In this document: positions 10,233 to 21,189 of the stretch, in pieces | Layout of the letters: every line of letters begins with the position of its first letter | Position numbering within the stretch: the stretch's first letter is position 1 | Assembly (NCBI GenBank): GCA_000004985.1 | Contig: GG738871.1 | Source of the DNA: Naegleria gruberi | Taxonomy: Eukaryota | DNA: 64,000 nt | Strand: one strand, 5' to 3' | Translations under genes and position numbers: made by a program | Notes under the pieces: generated by a model | Told to the model about the DNA's origin: nothing | Database searches by the model: none | The model's input: only the letters and a program-made list of their open reading frames with translations

Positions 10233-11389
10233 TCACTTGAAATTGAAAACCATATCAGTCAACCGCCTGTCTGTTTTCATTCGTGACATTTTTTGAGTTG
10301 AAAACTTTTTATGGATTGGCAATGGGAGAATAAACGTCTTGTCAACTGAAATGGTTTCTGAAATACTTTCACTATCCGTATTAAATCCAACAATTAATCC
10401 TCGATTCAACAAACAAAAGTGAAGATTTCTTGATAAAGCTAAAAATTTCAAGAATTTTGCTCCTTTCAAGTTTTCAAACTTGTTCTCCAAGCTTTGAATT
10501 GAGATTTCTTGAATGCGTCGATCTTCATCTTGTGAGCAAGTGATTAGTTCAGATTCAGTCAATATAAGAACATGATATCTCATTTCACTAAAGCCAATTG
10601 CTATTACTATTTCACATTGATCAATTAGAATGCATAAGAACAAACCTCCTTACCTTCTTCTTTTGGATTCTTATATTCTATTGGCTTTGTGAAAAATGAA
10701 ATATTTGTTAAAACCATTCCTTCATGTTGGTTTTCTTTAACAGTAAATGTAGTTAATCCAGCTGATGATATGGCATGGAGTTTTGCATCCAAGGACCAAC
10801 AATCCAAACATTTGACATCTGGCATGGTTTTAAAAATTGACATACCCTTCCCGGTCCATGCTATGCAGAAAAGAAGGGACATTCTTGGACAGGTCACAAA
10901 TTTCACTTTGCCCACACGTTCTCGATACTCTTGAGGAAGGAGGTCTATAAGTGACAAGTCTCCTCTATGTGTTATTGTAAATTGATCTCCAAGTCTTATT
11001 ACTACAACTCTTCCACTCTCCATAATCACTAACAATGTGTGCTGGTAAGTATTCAGAAGAACTTTACAAATATTTCCACAATTCGAAACATGACTTGATA
11101 AATCTGCAAATATCTTCAAATCACTATTTGCAACGACTTTCAATTCATTTCTACTCCAAGAAATCACGAAATCTGAATTATATTCCAAAAAACCAAACAC
11201 TTTATCGGAATGTATCTGTTCAATATAAAGATTATATTTTAAATTTTCTAATTGACCAGAAATATTGTGGCAAGCAATACACGATACTGAACCATCTTCA
11301 TGTCCAATAAATAAATAACAATTTTTATCATCTGTTATTTTAGTGGCAAAGAATTGAGTGATTGGAGAGTGTGGTGGTGATTCGAACAT
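10233..11389 (-). CDS. Hypothetical conserved protein (~370 aa); exons 10654-11389 and 10233-10606, 47-nt intron 10607-10653
   Basis: The two minus-strand ORFs (10625-11389 and 10233-10643) join through GTAAGG...gaaatag, which restores the frame (...KNPKEEG|VIAIGFSEMRYHVLILTE...). No confident family assignment; Cys/His-poor and possibly beta-rich. Confidence 0.55.
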
Positions 11390-11432
11390 TTTTTAACAAA
11401 TCATCTTCCAGTACAACCAATCATGAACAAGC

Positions 11433-12015
11433 TTATTGGTTATTATTGGCTACATTTCCTCCATTTTGAACTGCCAACATATTGATGTAGTTAATGTAAT
11501 TGATTTTTCCTGTATTTTCTGGGTCAACATTAGCAAGCAATTCGGTTGCTTCCTGTAGAGTGATTGGGTTGTCTCCATAAGTTGTCAGAGCATGTTCCAA
11601 AGTTTTGGTTCTTACTACACCATAAGGGCAATCCTCGGTTTCAAAAGTTTTAAATGCATTAATATATTGATCAACTGTGTATTGTGATTGAACACTTCTC
11701 GACATGACAGCAACAAATTCCTCAAAATCAATAGCTCCTGAATTATCAGCATCACTATCAACATAATAAATAAAATAATAATAAGGAAACCTACGCTTCC
11801 TTCATCATTTCCTGAATTTCTTCCTCCGAAGGCTTCAATCCCAATGTTCTCATTAATGTACCTAATTCTTCCTGTTCGATTGATCCACCTCCATCTCTAT
11901 CGACAAGTTGAAAAATTTCTCTATATCTTCTTACATCTTCGTCCGAAACTTGATGACCAAGCACCGTTGATTCAGCTTTTGAAGTTGGTGCAATGTAGCT
12001 TTGTTTTTTCTTCAT
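11433..12015 (-). CDS. EF-hand calcium-binding protein (calmodulin/myosin-light-chain-like); exons 11795-12015 and 11433-11754, 40-nt intron
   Basis: Exon 1 reads MKKKQSYIAPTSKAE...YREIFQLVDRDGGGSIEQEELGTLMRTLGLKPSEEEIQEMMKEA. Exon 2 begins DADNSGAIDFEEFVAVMSRS..., so two canonical 12-residue EF loops are reconstituted across a GTAGGT...ttgatag intron. Confidence 0.8.
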
Positions 12016-12045
12016 TTTTTTTCTAATTTTATTTCTGTAATTTGA

Positions 12046-12058
12046 ATGGCGCCAAAAC
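12046..12058. promoter_or_regulatory. GC-palindrome promoter motif ATGGCGCCAAAAC, 33 nt upstream of EF-hand gene ATG (minus)
   Basis: GGCGCC core at 12048-12053, embedded in AT-rich spacer between the EF-hand gene start (12015) and the 3' end of the gene at 12142. Confidence 0.55.
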
Positions 12059-12141
12059 TCCCATATTCTTAATATTTTCTTTAGCAATACTTGTATTTAC
12101 AAAATTTTCGTTAGTGATTATTTATTAAATACTCGGTTAAT

Positions 12142-13809
12142 TTACTTGAAGAGCTTTTCGAAGGTTTCGAAACCACCAGCAAGATTCTTAACATTTTCCA
12201 AACCATTTTCGTTCAAAATTCTTTGGGCCATATATCCTCTCATACCAATTTTACAATATGTTACAATAGTCTTATCCTTTGGAAGTTCAGAAATCTTTTC
12301 TCTCAATTGTTCAATTGGGATATGGATAGCACCTTCAAAGTGACCAGATTGGAATTCTCTTGGAGTTCTAACGTCAACCAAAGCATATTGATCTCTGTTA
12401 GCCAAAACTTCTGGAATGTGAACCATTCTTTGTTCACCTCGCAAGAGACCACTAGCAATGAAGCCAATCATGTTGACTGGATCCTTAGCAGAACCATATT
12501 GTGGTGAGTAGGCAAGTTCTGATTCTTCCAAATCAAAGACAGTCATACCACCTTGAATAGCCATGGCGATAGCATTAATTCTATTGGCAATACCATTGTG
12601 TTCACCAACAATTTGAGCACCCAAAATCTTACCATAATTTTCCTTAGAAGTGTCGAAAATCAATTTGAGAATCATTCTCTTAGCACCTGGATAATAACCA
12701 GCATGGTCATTGACAGGAGTGTAAACCTTTTCATAAGTTGTGTATCCAACTCTTTGGAGACTCTTTTCACTGGCACCAGTACCAGCAATAGTATAGTTGA
12801 AACCACCCATAATACTTGTACCTTGGGCACCTCTGAATGAATCTGGAGTCTTACCAAACATATGGTTGACTGCAATTCTTCCTTGTCTGTTAGCAATACC
12901 TGCCAATGGAATTTGAGTCCTATTCTTCAAAACGAAATCTTCAATTTCAGTGTTGTCACCACAAGCATAAATATCAGGATCAGAAGTTTGACAGTTTTCA
13001 TTAATTACAATACCACCTCTTGGACCAACCTTCAAACCAGATTCGACAGCCAATTTGTTTTCTGGCTTAACACCAACAGATAAAAGGACGAAATCAGCAT
13101 TAACAACCTTTCCACTTTCAAGATGAACATTAACAGTTCCATTTTCACCTTCTCCGAATTTAACACACTTTTCTTTCAATAATAAATTAACACCACTAGC
13201 CTTATAATCTTCCATCAATGGTTGAACCATTTCCTTATCCATTGGTGGCATAATTTGATCCAATAATTCAATAATGCTGACATTGACACCAGCATGAGTG
13301 ATAGCTTCAGCAACTTCACATCCAATGAAACCACCTCCGATGATAACACCCTTCTTTCCTGGAACAATGTGTTGCTTAATCTTGTCCATATCTTCCAATG
13401 AACGTAAAATGTGAATAAGTGGATTATTAATACCTTCCCATGGTGGAATAATTGGTTCAGCACCAGTTGAAAGAACTAGCTTATCATAATTTTCGGAATA
13501 TTCAGATTCCTTAGCCTTGCAAATAACTTGCTTGTTGGCTCTATCGATTTTGATGACTTCAGTTTCAACTCTGACATCAATGTTGTATCTTTTTTTTAAA
13601 GTATCAACTCCGGTAACAATCAAACTGTCTCTGGAAGCAATTTGACCACCAAGAAAATATGGCATACCACAGTTAGCAAATGAAGGATTCTTTCCCTTTT
13701 CGAACAAGACAATAGAAACCTTTTCGCAAATTCTTCTAAGTCTAGTGGCAGCAGAAGCACCTCCAGCGACACCACCAACAACTACAACTTTGTGAATCAA
13801 TGATGACAT
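12142..13809 (-). CDS. Bacterial-type pyridine nucleotide-disulfide oxidoreductase (CoA-disulfide reductase/NADH oxidase family) fused to C-terminal rhodanese domain
   Basis: Intronless 555-aa ORF. It has an FAD-binding GGVAGG motif and the hallmark redox cysteine motif SFANCGMPY of the CoADR/Nox/Npx family. A second dinucleotide-binding motif GGGFIGCE follows. The C-terminal rhodanese module carries active-site YCKIGMRG. Codon usage matches the host. Confidence 0.85.
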   Translation of the reverse strand: MSSLIHKVVVVGGVAGGASAATRLRRICEKVSIVLFEKGKNPSFANCGMPYFLGGQIASRDSLIVTGVDTLKKRYNIDVRVETEVIKIDRANKQVICKAKESEYSENYDKLVLSTGAEPIIPPWEGINNPLIHILRSLEDMDKIKQHIVPGKKGVIIGGGFIGCEVAEAITHAGVNVSIIELLDQIMPPMDKEMVQPLMEDYKASGVNLLLKEKCVKFGEGENGTVNVHLESGKVVNADFVLLSVGVKPENKLAVESGLKVGPRGGIVINENCQTSDPDIYACGDNTEIEDFVLKNRTQIPLAGIANRQGRIAVNHMFGKTPDSFRGAQGTSIMGGFNYTIAGTGASEKSLQRVGYTTYEKVYTPVNDHAGYYPGAKRMILKLIFDTSKENYGKILGAQIVGEHNGIANRINAIAMAIQGGMTVFDLEESELAYSPQYGSAKDPVNMIGFIASGLLRGEQRMVHIPEVLANRDQYALVDVRTPREFQSGHFEGAIHIPIEQLREKISELPKDKTIVTYCKIGMRGYMAQRILNENGLENVKNLAGGFETFEKLFK

Positions 13810-14127
13810 TTTGAGCTATTTTGTTTGTATAATTTTTGGGTAGAGTTGTATGATGCTTGTTGGCTATTTATTCAAACCATGACGAGGCCACTTGGAGAAC
13901 TAAAAAGGTGAAATTAGTGTCGGCGAAAAATATTGGGGCCGAAATGTTGAACGTAATGATGGGAGAGAAGGCACAATTGCCTGGTTTCTCCATTACTCAA
14001 AAGACACCTCAAGACAAGGATGGAAATTACATGTATCTTGAGTTGTCTGGATAATAAAATGACAAACATTTTTTTAATTGAAAAAACCACAATAAATTAA
14101 GCATCACATGGAGGGAAAGAGCAAGAC

Positions 14128-14300
14128 ACTCTTACCTTGCATGAATAGTTAGATTTTTGTTACGTTAATCACTCCTGGGTACTACTCTCGAATATCATCT
14201 TTAATGATACAAGACACGGACTTGGGATAATAATTTGGAATGCTCCTACGGCTGTATGTGACCGAAATCGGATACAGTGATTCATATGCGTCCCAAATCT
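14128..14300 (+). ncRNA. Candidate small structured RNA (U1-snRNA-like 5' end, Sm-like site, terminal stem-loop)
   Basis: GC-elevated island within AT-rich spacer. The 5' segment ACUCUUACCUUG is complementary to the GTAAGT/GTAAGA donor consensus seen in local introns. An AUCAC loop-like element is present. AUAAUUUGGAA lies where a Sm site would sit before a terminal hairpin, CUGUAU-GUGA-CCG-AAAU-CGG-AUACAG. No ORF. Strand and ends are uncertain. Confidence 0.25.
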
Positions 14301-14370
14301 TTCTGGTTTTTCTTTTGGTTCTGTTGTAAAAGATTTAACTGTTTGAGTTTTGGATTCTAAAGTTTTAATT

Positions 14371-15557
14371 TTATCCATTTAAATCATATTTACAACATGG
14401 ACAAGTGTGGTTTTCCTCTAACCACTTGTCAATACAGTCTCTGTGAAAAATGTGTAAGCAAGGTAATCTCCTTAACTGCTCTCCATTCTGATATTCTTCC
14501 ATGCAAAATGTACAATTATTATCATCAAAATTATGTTGATTATTGTTAAATATTGTTATTGGAAGATTAGTCAATAAATCCTTATTGACACCAATTTTGA
14601 TATTAGCCTCATCCAATCTTAATAACTCCTCATAAGACTCCTCTCCTGTAAAGTTTTGAACACTTGAGCTAAGGGGATTAGCAGTACGAATATTTGATGC
14701 GAAGGAAGGAGCACTATAGTTTCCTCCAAGATTATTAGAAATTAATTCATCAAAGTTTGTAACTCTAGATTGATAGCTAGCAAATTCTTCTTGTTGCAAT
14801 CTTCTGGCTAAGATTTCATCCTCAGAAAGGTTATGTTGTGTAGACGCTGATGCTCGAGAATTATTGGATGAGGAAGATGCTTCTGATGAGCTACTACTAG
14901 TCGTAGTAGTAGATCTTGGAAGAAGTAGTCTCGATTGTGCAGTCTTGGACTTTGAAGCTATTGAGGGTCTCAGTGAGGGATTTCTAACAGGCTTAATTTC
15001 AGAAACTCTCTGAGTGGTCGATGTTGTTGACCCAACCTCTATTGCTCTTTTTACTGCTGATGTTGATGATGTTGGGGTAGCAGATTTTGTTGATGATGAC
15101 GAGGTGTTAGTTTTTGTTAATATAGAGGAAGAGTGTGGAATTCTTGTTGGAGTTAGAGTAGATGGTGGTTTGTATAATGATGGTTGAACTGTGGCAATAG
15201 TTGGTGGTGAATCTTTGTTTTTTCCTATTATTGCAAGATCATCATTTCCAGAGTTTAAATGTACTGCTGATCCACTTGGAGATTTGTCCTTTGCTCGTAA
15301 TTGTCTTTTCAGAGCATCATTACTAGCCTCTAATTGTTTAATCAATTCTTTAGCTCGCCCTAATTCATCTTCCAAATATTTGATCTTTTTATCCTTTTCT
15401 TGTGTTTCCCTGCAGAATTTTATAATAAATTATTACTAATAATTACTAGTACATACACCTCAAAACCACTGATTTTAATGGCTGCCTCCTCTAAAGCTAA
15501 CTCCAAGGCATAAGAGTTGGTGTTCGGATTTCCAAAGTCGTGGAAGGTATTTTGCAT
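14371..15557 (-). CDS. RING-H2 finger E3 ligase-like protein with N-terminal coiled coil and Ser/Thr-rich middle; exons 15457-15557 and 14371-15409
   Basis: The C-terminus is CTFCMEEYQNGEQLRRLPCLHIFHRDCIDKWLEENHTCPCCKYDL, a RING-H2 finger. A 47-nt GTATGT...ctgcag intron (15410-15456) joins the upstream exon (...ALELALEEAAIKISGFEV) in frame to ETQEKDKKIKYLEDELGRAKE. The ATG was chosen at 15557 (MQNTF...) because the earlier in-frame codons overlap the Vps45 stop. Confidence 0.65.
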
Positions 15558-15600
15558 TTTTATTTTTGTTGGTTTGCAATTTTCGTTGTTGAGCGGTAAA

Positions 15601-15614
15601 TTTTGGCGGCAAAC
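15601..15614. promoter_or_regulatory. Motif variant TTTTGGCGGCAAAC ~50 nt upstream of RING-H2 gene ATG (minus, 15557)
   Basis: GGCGGC core at 15605-15610. Same A/T-flanked architecture as the GGCGCC sites. Confidence 0.45.
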
Positions 15615-15672
15615 AATAGTTTCCTCAATCAACACCACTTTCTTTGGTAATGAGGATGATCTTTTGGTGTTG

Positions 15673-17598
15673 TTAATCTTTTTCATACATTCTTTTTAAT
15701 TCTTTGAGGTAGGTAGTACTATTTACAATACAAGTTCCTCCAAGAATGACAGATTTGAAATTGTCATCAAGTTGATTAAGTGAGCTAATAACACCTAACT
15801 GAAGTGATTTTTGTTCCTCTTCCTTTCTTCTTGATTTGTTATTGAATAACTCTACAGTAGACGCTTCCTCATAAGTGATACCTCCAACAATAAATACAAT
15901 TACTTCTTGTGGAACTTCTCTTGATGTCAATCCCATAAATGGATAATCTGTGAGGGATAACTTTCCTTTAAATAATTGATCCAATGTATCATAAAGACGA
16001 GGTTTGTGTTGAGTGAAAACATTTAAAACTTCCTGATCTTTGAATTCATTGGCCACCTTTTTAAATAACTCTTTGAAAGAAATAGAGGTTGGCTCCTCAT
16101 CGAACAAACCTTTGGTACGTTTTGCCTTACCTCCGTGTTCAATAGCATTGTCAATCAAACCAATGTCCTCAACACCATTTCTACGAAGAATAGTCTTTAA
16201 GGTTCTTATATTATCAATATTATCTTCATATCTCAAAGCATAAAGAATTACCAAACGAAGAGCATCCTTTTCAGATGTTGTTTCTCTACTCAATATGTCT
16301 TTCAAAGCTTCAAAATTTTTGTTATGATTTTTTCCACAAACAATCTCCTGCTCAACCTCACTAACATCTAAGAGTTTACGCTTAGCCACAATAGATCTCA
16401 ATTCTGTAACCATAGTGACATGCTTCTCTGTTTCTTGTTGTTGCTTCTTAAATGATGGGAAATTTTGCATAAAATTGGCCAAATCCTCAATTGTCTGGAT
16501 GCTTTCCTTCATGTTGTGATTTTCTTGGAAGACTTCTACAACCTGCTTTACATTTTTACACAAATCTCCCCAGTTTTCATACATATTGTTCGAGTAAAAT
16601 TCGTCATATTGAGCTGAAAATACTTCCTCTCTCTTGGTTGATGGATATTTGATAACATTGTTTTTAAGGCCAATCAACTCATGAATCATAGCTTGATACG
16701 TCCATTGCATTAAAAGAGGTGTCACTGGATCATCTCTACGATCAATTATTAGTACAATTGGTTGAGGAGGGGCTTTAGTATGGTATCTTGTTTCGTAATC
16801 CATTTTGAAATCAAAAATGCCATTATCATGACTATTTGTTGAGATTTTTTCACCAAGCTCGGTAGCAATCTTTTTACAAATATCTGATGATTGTTGAAAT
16901 CTAATAATTGGTCTCTTTTTTAGTGAAATTAATGAACTTGACAAGCCATCAATAATTCTACGAAAGGCAATGTCATCCCATGAATTATTCAGTATTGATG
17001 CTGTACTTGAAATATTGAGGGAAAATATTGATTTATCCACAGCTAAATAATCTGTAAAATATTCAAATACATTCTTAACTAGTTCATGTTTGTCACTTGA
17101 GGCAAGTTTTTCTAACAAGTGTTGACTAATTACATTTGAAAAATCTTTTTTGCATAATGTTTAAAATTTTCAACTTGAATAAAACTTACAAATATTATAT
17201 GATTGATACTTTGGATTAACAAGTTCTGCCTTAAGTAATTCCACATTACCATTCGTTGGCCTGACAAATACTATTGCTCTCATATTCTTGAGTGATTGTC
17301 TTGCTTCATTTTGCAGCACATCAACGAGAAAGACATTCTTTTGCATGATGGAGCTGAATGGTGTGACCACAGAAATTATATCTTTCTATCATCGGAACAC
17401 ATAGTTGATCAGAATTCTATTATTCTATTCTACTAGTACACTTACTGTAAATTCATCAAGAATTAATACTTTCACTCCACTCACACTGTCAACCATATCT
17501 AAAATATATTCGTTAATTGACTTGGCAACATTCATTCTCCTTTGATCCTCTGCTGTTTGTACAGCATTATTTGATGATGGATTATTGTTGTTGAGCAT
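15673..17598 (-). CDS. vps45: Vacuolar protein sorting 45 (Sec1/Munc18 family); exons 17444-17598, 17200-17385, 15673-17144
   Basis: Exon 1 reads MLNNNNPSSNNAVQTAEDQRRMNVAKSINEYILDMVDSVSGVKVLILDEFT. Exon 2 reads ...VTPFSSIMQKNVFLVDVLQNEARQSLKNMRAIVFVRPTNGNVELLKAELVNPKYQSYNI. Exon 3 reads YFSNVISQHLLEKLASSDKHELVKNVFEYFTDYLAVDKSIFSLN.... This aligns position-for-position with the Vps45 N-terminus (KAICFLRPTKENV...PKY..YFIYFSNVIS). Introns are 58 and 55 nt with GTAAGT donors. Confidence 0.85.
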
Positions 17599-17830
17599 TT
17601 TTATTTGATGTTGTTTTCAAATTGTTTTCTATTTGTATCACTTTCCATGTTTATGAAACAACGGATCGATAGAAGCCCTTTCAACGTTTATTGATGACAA
17701 ATCAAACTCTTCCTGTTACAATAAATCTAGGAGTGAAAAGAATGATTGAATCCTATTTTAATCTTCTACAATTAAAAATTGATTAACTTTGAGGGTTGAG
17801 AAACAGCAGCAATCAAAATCTTAAAAAAAA

Positions 17831-19067
17831 ATGAGCGTAAAAACCAAGGCTTCTCTGCCTTCACAAGAATCATCGAATTCTTCCTCTCAAAAATTTCTCA
17901 TCATCTCTGGTTTATTGTTGGGATTTTCGATTGTTTTTCGCTTTGTTAATAGACAATTGGATTCCGAAACGAATCAATCCTTCTTCGGAGATATTATTAA
18001 TGTTTTCTCCTCCTTTTTATTTACAGTTTTATTGATTATGTTTTCTCTCTGTATATTAATGTGCTCTATATTATTCTTGTTACTTTTCCGTAAAGGAAAA
18101 CCAACACATATTCAATCATCAAATGCTGGTATTGATATTTCTAGTAAAGTAATTGTTAGTGAGAAGGCAATTAATGATATCAATGACGAAAGTGTATTTT
18201 TCGTTAGAGAACAAGAAAGTGATGACGGAGATTGCAAATGGTTGAACATTATTCTCAATAGAGTTTTACAACAATATTTCTATAAGAATGCTTCTAAAAT
18301 CAAAAAACAAATTTTACAAAAAGTTTCAGAGGAAATGAAATTACCAGATTTTGTTGGAGATTTACAAATTAAAGATTTGAATTTTGGATCAAAATCACCA
18401 TATTTTAAGACCATTTCTGCAAAGGAAGATAGAAATGGATTGCAAGTTGATATTGCTGTAGTTTATGATGATCCAAAAACAAAGATTCACCTCGGAACTG
18501 AAATTTGGATTAATTATCCAGTTAAGAGATTTGCCTCATTCCCAATTCAATTTGCCATTGAAAATATTTTCCTTGATGCTAAGGTATGTTAAATTTAGGA
18601 ATATGATTCAGATCTTACCTTGTGCTAAATAGATGAGAGTAATTTTATCACCAGATTTCAAATTGCTCAAGTTCTGTTTCCTCAAACAACCAAACTTTGA
18701 TTTGATCTTTTCTAATGAATTTGGACATCATTCTTCACTTCAAAACTTGCCAATCTTGACTGACATTATTAATAGACAAATTTACCTCTTATTGAGTGAA
18801 ACATTGGTAGCTCCTAACTTTATTGAAATACCAATCCCAGAACCAAGTGAAAAAAAGACTAAGAAGAGTGAACAAGAAGATGAAGCTGATGTTCAAGCTG
18901 ATAATGGAGAATACTCTAGTGATGATTTAGAAAGTAATAATGACGATGAATTATCTTCAAGAGGAAGTGATGATGAAGATACAATTGAAGAGGATCAATC
19001 AAGACAAAGAATAACAAATAGAAAGACTAAACGTTCTACTACTAGGCCAACATCCAACAAGAAGTAA
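17831..19067 (+). CDS. SMP-domain (synaptotagmin-like mitochondrial lipid-binding) membrane protein, TEX2/Nvj2-like; exons 17831-18583 and 18633-19067
   Basis: N-terminal TM segments (LIISGLLLGFSIVF; LFTVLLIMFSLCILMCSILFLLLF). The SMP core is CKWLNIILNRVLQQYFYKNASKIKKQILQKVSEEMKLPDFVGDLQIKDLNFGSKSPYFKTI. A 49-nt intron has GTATGT at 18584 and an acceptor ending at 18632. The C-terminus is an acidic Ser/Asp/Glu tail. Confidence 0.7.
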
Positions 19068-19184
19068 ATATCCATTATTTAAAAAACAATAAATCAATAA
19101 TATAATTTTAAATAATAATTGTTATTAATATATGTCGAATTTTACAATCTGTTAAATACTCCGCTATCCAAGAAAAGCTTTCAT

Positions 19185-19484
19185 CTATTGATCCTTTGTT
19201 GATTCAATAACATCTACAATTTGTTTCACTTTCTTGCTCAAACGGGCAAGATTTGTTGTTGATGTAGTGATTTGAGAACCTTGTTCGGATGATTGTTTTT
19301 CAAGGGCAGCAATTCTCTTTTCCAATTGTTCAGCTTCACTAACAGCTTGTTTAACAAAATTATGTGTATCCATTATAGTACTTTCCAAAGCACGGGATGT
19401 GTTATAAACATCTCTACGAAGATAATAATAAGAAAATGTTGTGCCGGTAATAGCTCCCAAAGCGAATGGTAATAATCTGCTCAT
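19185..19484 (-). CDS. Small (100 aa) protein with N-terminal TM helix and coiled coil; hypothetical
   Basis: ATG at 19484. MSRLLPFALGAITGTTFSYYYL is followed by a helical EQLEKRIAALEKQSSEQ segment. The ORF track begins upstream with an alternative start. Confidence 0.4.
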   Translation of the reverse strand: MSRLLPFALGAITGTTFSYYYLRRDVYNTSRALESTIMDTHNFVKQAVSEAEQLEKRIAALEKQSSEQGSQITTSTTNLARLSKKVKQIVDVIESTKDQ

Positions 19485-20020
19485 TTTTTGTTGTTGGTGT
19501 GCTTTTTGATTGTTGTTGTTTGATAAACAAAGTAATTTTAATAATATCAATATTTGGTCATGTTGAGGATTGGTATTAACCTTCAACTGCTCTAATAACT
19601 TGTCGTGAAAATTAATAGTATTATTTGAAATTAAATTGTATAGAATTTTTCATCAGTTTTCTATTTATTTTCTCCTTCAAACTGCAAATTGAACTGTAAA
19701 ACAGAACACGGTTTTCAGAAATTAATTGACAAGAATAAATTTTGTTTGGTGTAATCATGAGTATGTTAGCCATTAATACAACCAACATTCTAATATCGAT
19801 TGACGAATTAATTATCAGAATTGAGTCCAACATTTTGAGGTTGAAGGCTTTTCTCTCTTAAAAATGGCTGGTAAAATTCTCATTGTAAACAGATATATGA
19901 CTTGGTAAACCACTGAATGCCATAAATTTTGTTGAAAAAAAATCGCAAAAAGGTAACTATAGCTCGCATTTTTTATTGCTCACTCTAAACTCTAACTTGT
20001 TTGACAAACAAAAAACAGAG

Positions 20021-20446
20021 ATGAACTCAAATAAGCAAGCTTTCAAGGTTTTCACCTACAGAGGTCACAATTTGGACGCCCTCATGGCCATGGAAAATGA
20101 CGAATTGAAGAATTTGTTCACTTCTGCTCTTAGAAGAAGAATTGGTAAGGGTATCTCCAAGAAGTACAAGACTTTGATCGAAAAGGCTCAAAAGAAGAGA
20201 GACACTGCTCCATACGGTGAAAAGCCAGACGCTGTCAAGACTCACTTGAGAGATATGATCATCTTGCCAAGCATGATTGGTTGTGTTATTGGTGTTTACC
20301 AAGGAAAGGACTACGTCTCCGTTGAAATCAAGCCAGAAATGGTTGGTATGAAGTTGTCTGATTTCTCCCTCACTTACAGACCAGTTAAGCACGGTAAGCC
20401 AGGTATCGGTGCTACTTCTTCATCTAAGTTCGTCCCATTGAAGTAA
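20021..20446 (+). CDS. rps15: 40S ribosomal protein S15 (uS19)
   Basis: ...KVFTYRGHNLDALMAMENDELKNLF...VKTHLRDMIILPSMIGCVIGVYQGKDYVSVEIKPEMVGMKLSDFSLTYRPVKHGKPGIGATSSSKFVPLK is near-identical to eukaryotic rpS15. GC3-rich codons fit a highly expressed gene. A possible 5' micro-exon ATGGCTG lies at 19863-19869 (see findings). Confidence 0.9.
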   Translation: MNSNKQAFKVFTYRGHNLDALMAMENDELKNLFTSALRRRIGKGISKKYKTLIEKAQKKRDTAPYGEKPDAVKTHLRDMIILPSMIGCVIGVYQGKDYVSVEIKPEMVGMKLSDFSLTYRPVKHGKPGIGATSSSKFVPLK

Positions 20447-20544
20447 ATCATTTATCATAATAAATTAAATATTAAAAAAAACAATTATAAAAATTGGGAT
20501 TTTATTTTGTTATTAAAATTCATTTTGAAAGTTATTTTTGTAAA

Positions 20545-21189
20545 TTAAACAAGGGATTTTACTTTTTCAAAATAGGGAGAAATACTCCAAGATTGAGAAT
20601 AGAAAGCCAGAGTGGTGTTGCTGAGAGAAGTACTTCCTTGTGAATCGTCTTTCTTCTTTGATTGATTTTCATTCAAAAATTCCTTTCGGTCTGTTGTTGT
20701 CATTCGTTTGCATTCTGAAAGTATGAGTTCTTTCATGGTGTAATCCTTTTGTAACAATTCTATTATTGATTGAAGATACAGATTTTGTTTCTCAGTTGTG
20801 CAGGTTGACAGTAAAGTAATCAATTCCTGTAAATATCCATTCATTGTGACATGTATTAAATTATTCAATCTGGTAACAAGATTAAGAATTTCCGAATATA
20901 CTTTTCTGGTCACATTCTGTTTTAAAACATCTCCTATTACCATTGGACATTGTTGAAATACTCCCCAGTAAGGACTCTCCATATAGTCTTCTTCAATTAA
21001 TGATTTTTCCAGACCCGATAAAATATCATTTCCATCCAAAATCGTTTCTCCCCATTTTTGAATTATTAATTTAACTTTTGGTAGTATCAACCCGAGTGGA
21101 TTTAAACTTGATGTATTGTTATTCTTACTATTTACATATTGTTCCGATTGTTTGTGTTGTTGCTGATTATTGTTGGCTTTTAAACTCAT
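20545..21189 (-). CDS. Hypothetical protein (214 aa) immediately downstream of, and overlapping by ATGA with, the Cir_N ORF; may be the C-terminal part of one fused gene
   Basis: MSLKANNNQQQHKQ...LPKVKLIIQKWGETILDGNDIL.... Its ATG overlaps the TGA of the upstream ORF (AAAAAATGAGT). No recognisable domain. Confidence 0.45.
   Translation of the reverse strand: MSLKANNNQQQHKQSEQYVNSKNNNTSSLNPLGLILPKVKLIIQKWGETILDGNDILSGLEKSLIEEDYMESPYWGVFQQCPMVIGDVLKQNVTRKVYSEILNLVTRLNNLIHVTMNGYLQELITLLSTCTTEKQNLYLQSIIELLQKDYTMKELILSECKRMTTTDRKEFLNENQSKKKDDSQGSTSLSNTTLAFYSQSWSISPYFEKVKSLV

Noticed and set aside
13857-14054. 65-aa ORF upstream of the oxidoreductase gene
   Set aside because: No ATG (alternative start only), no motif, and it lies in promoter or spacer DNA. 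The adjacent structured segment is better explained as ncRNA.
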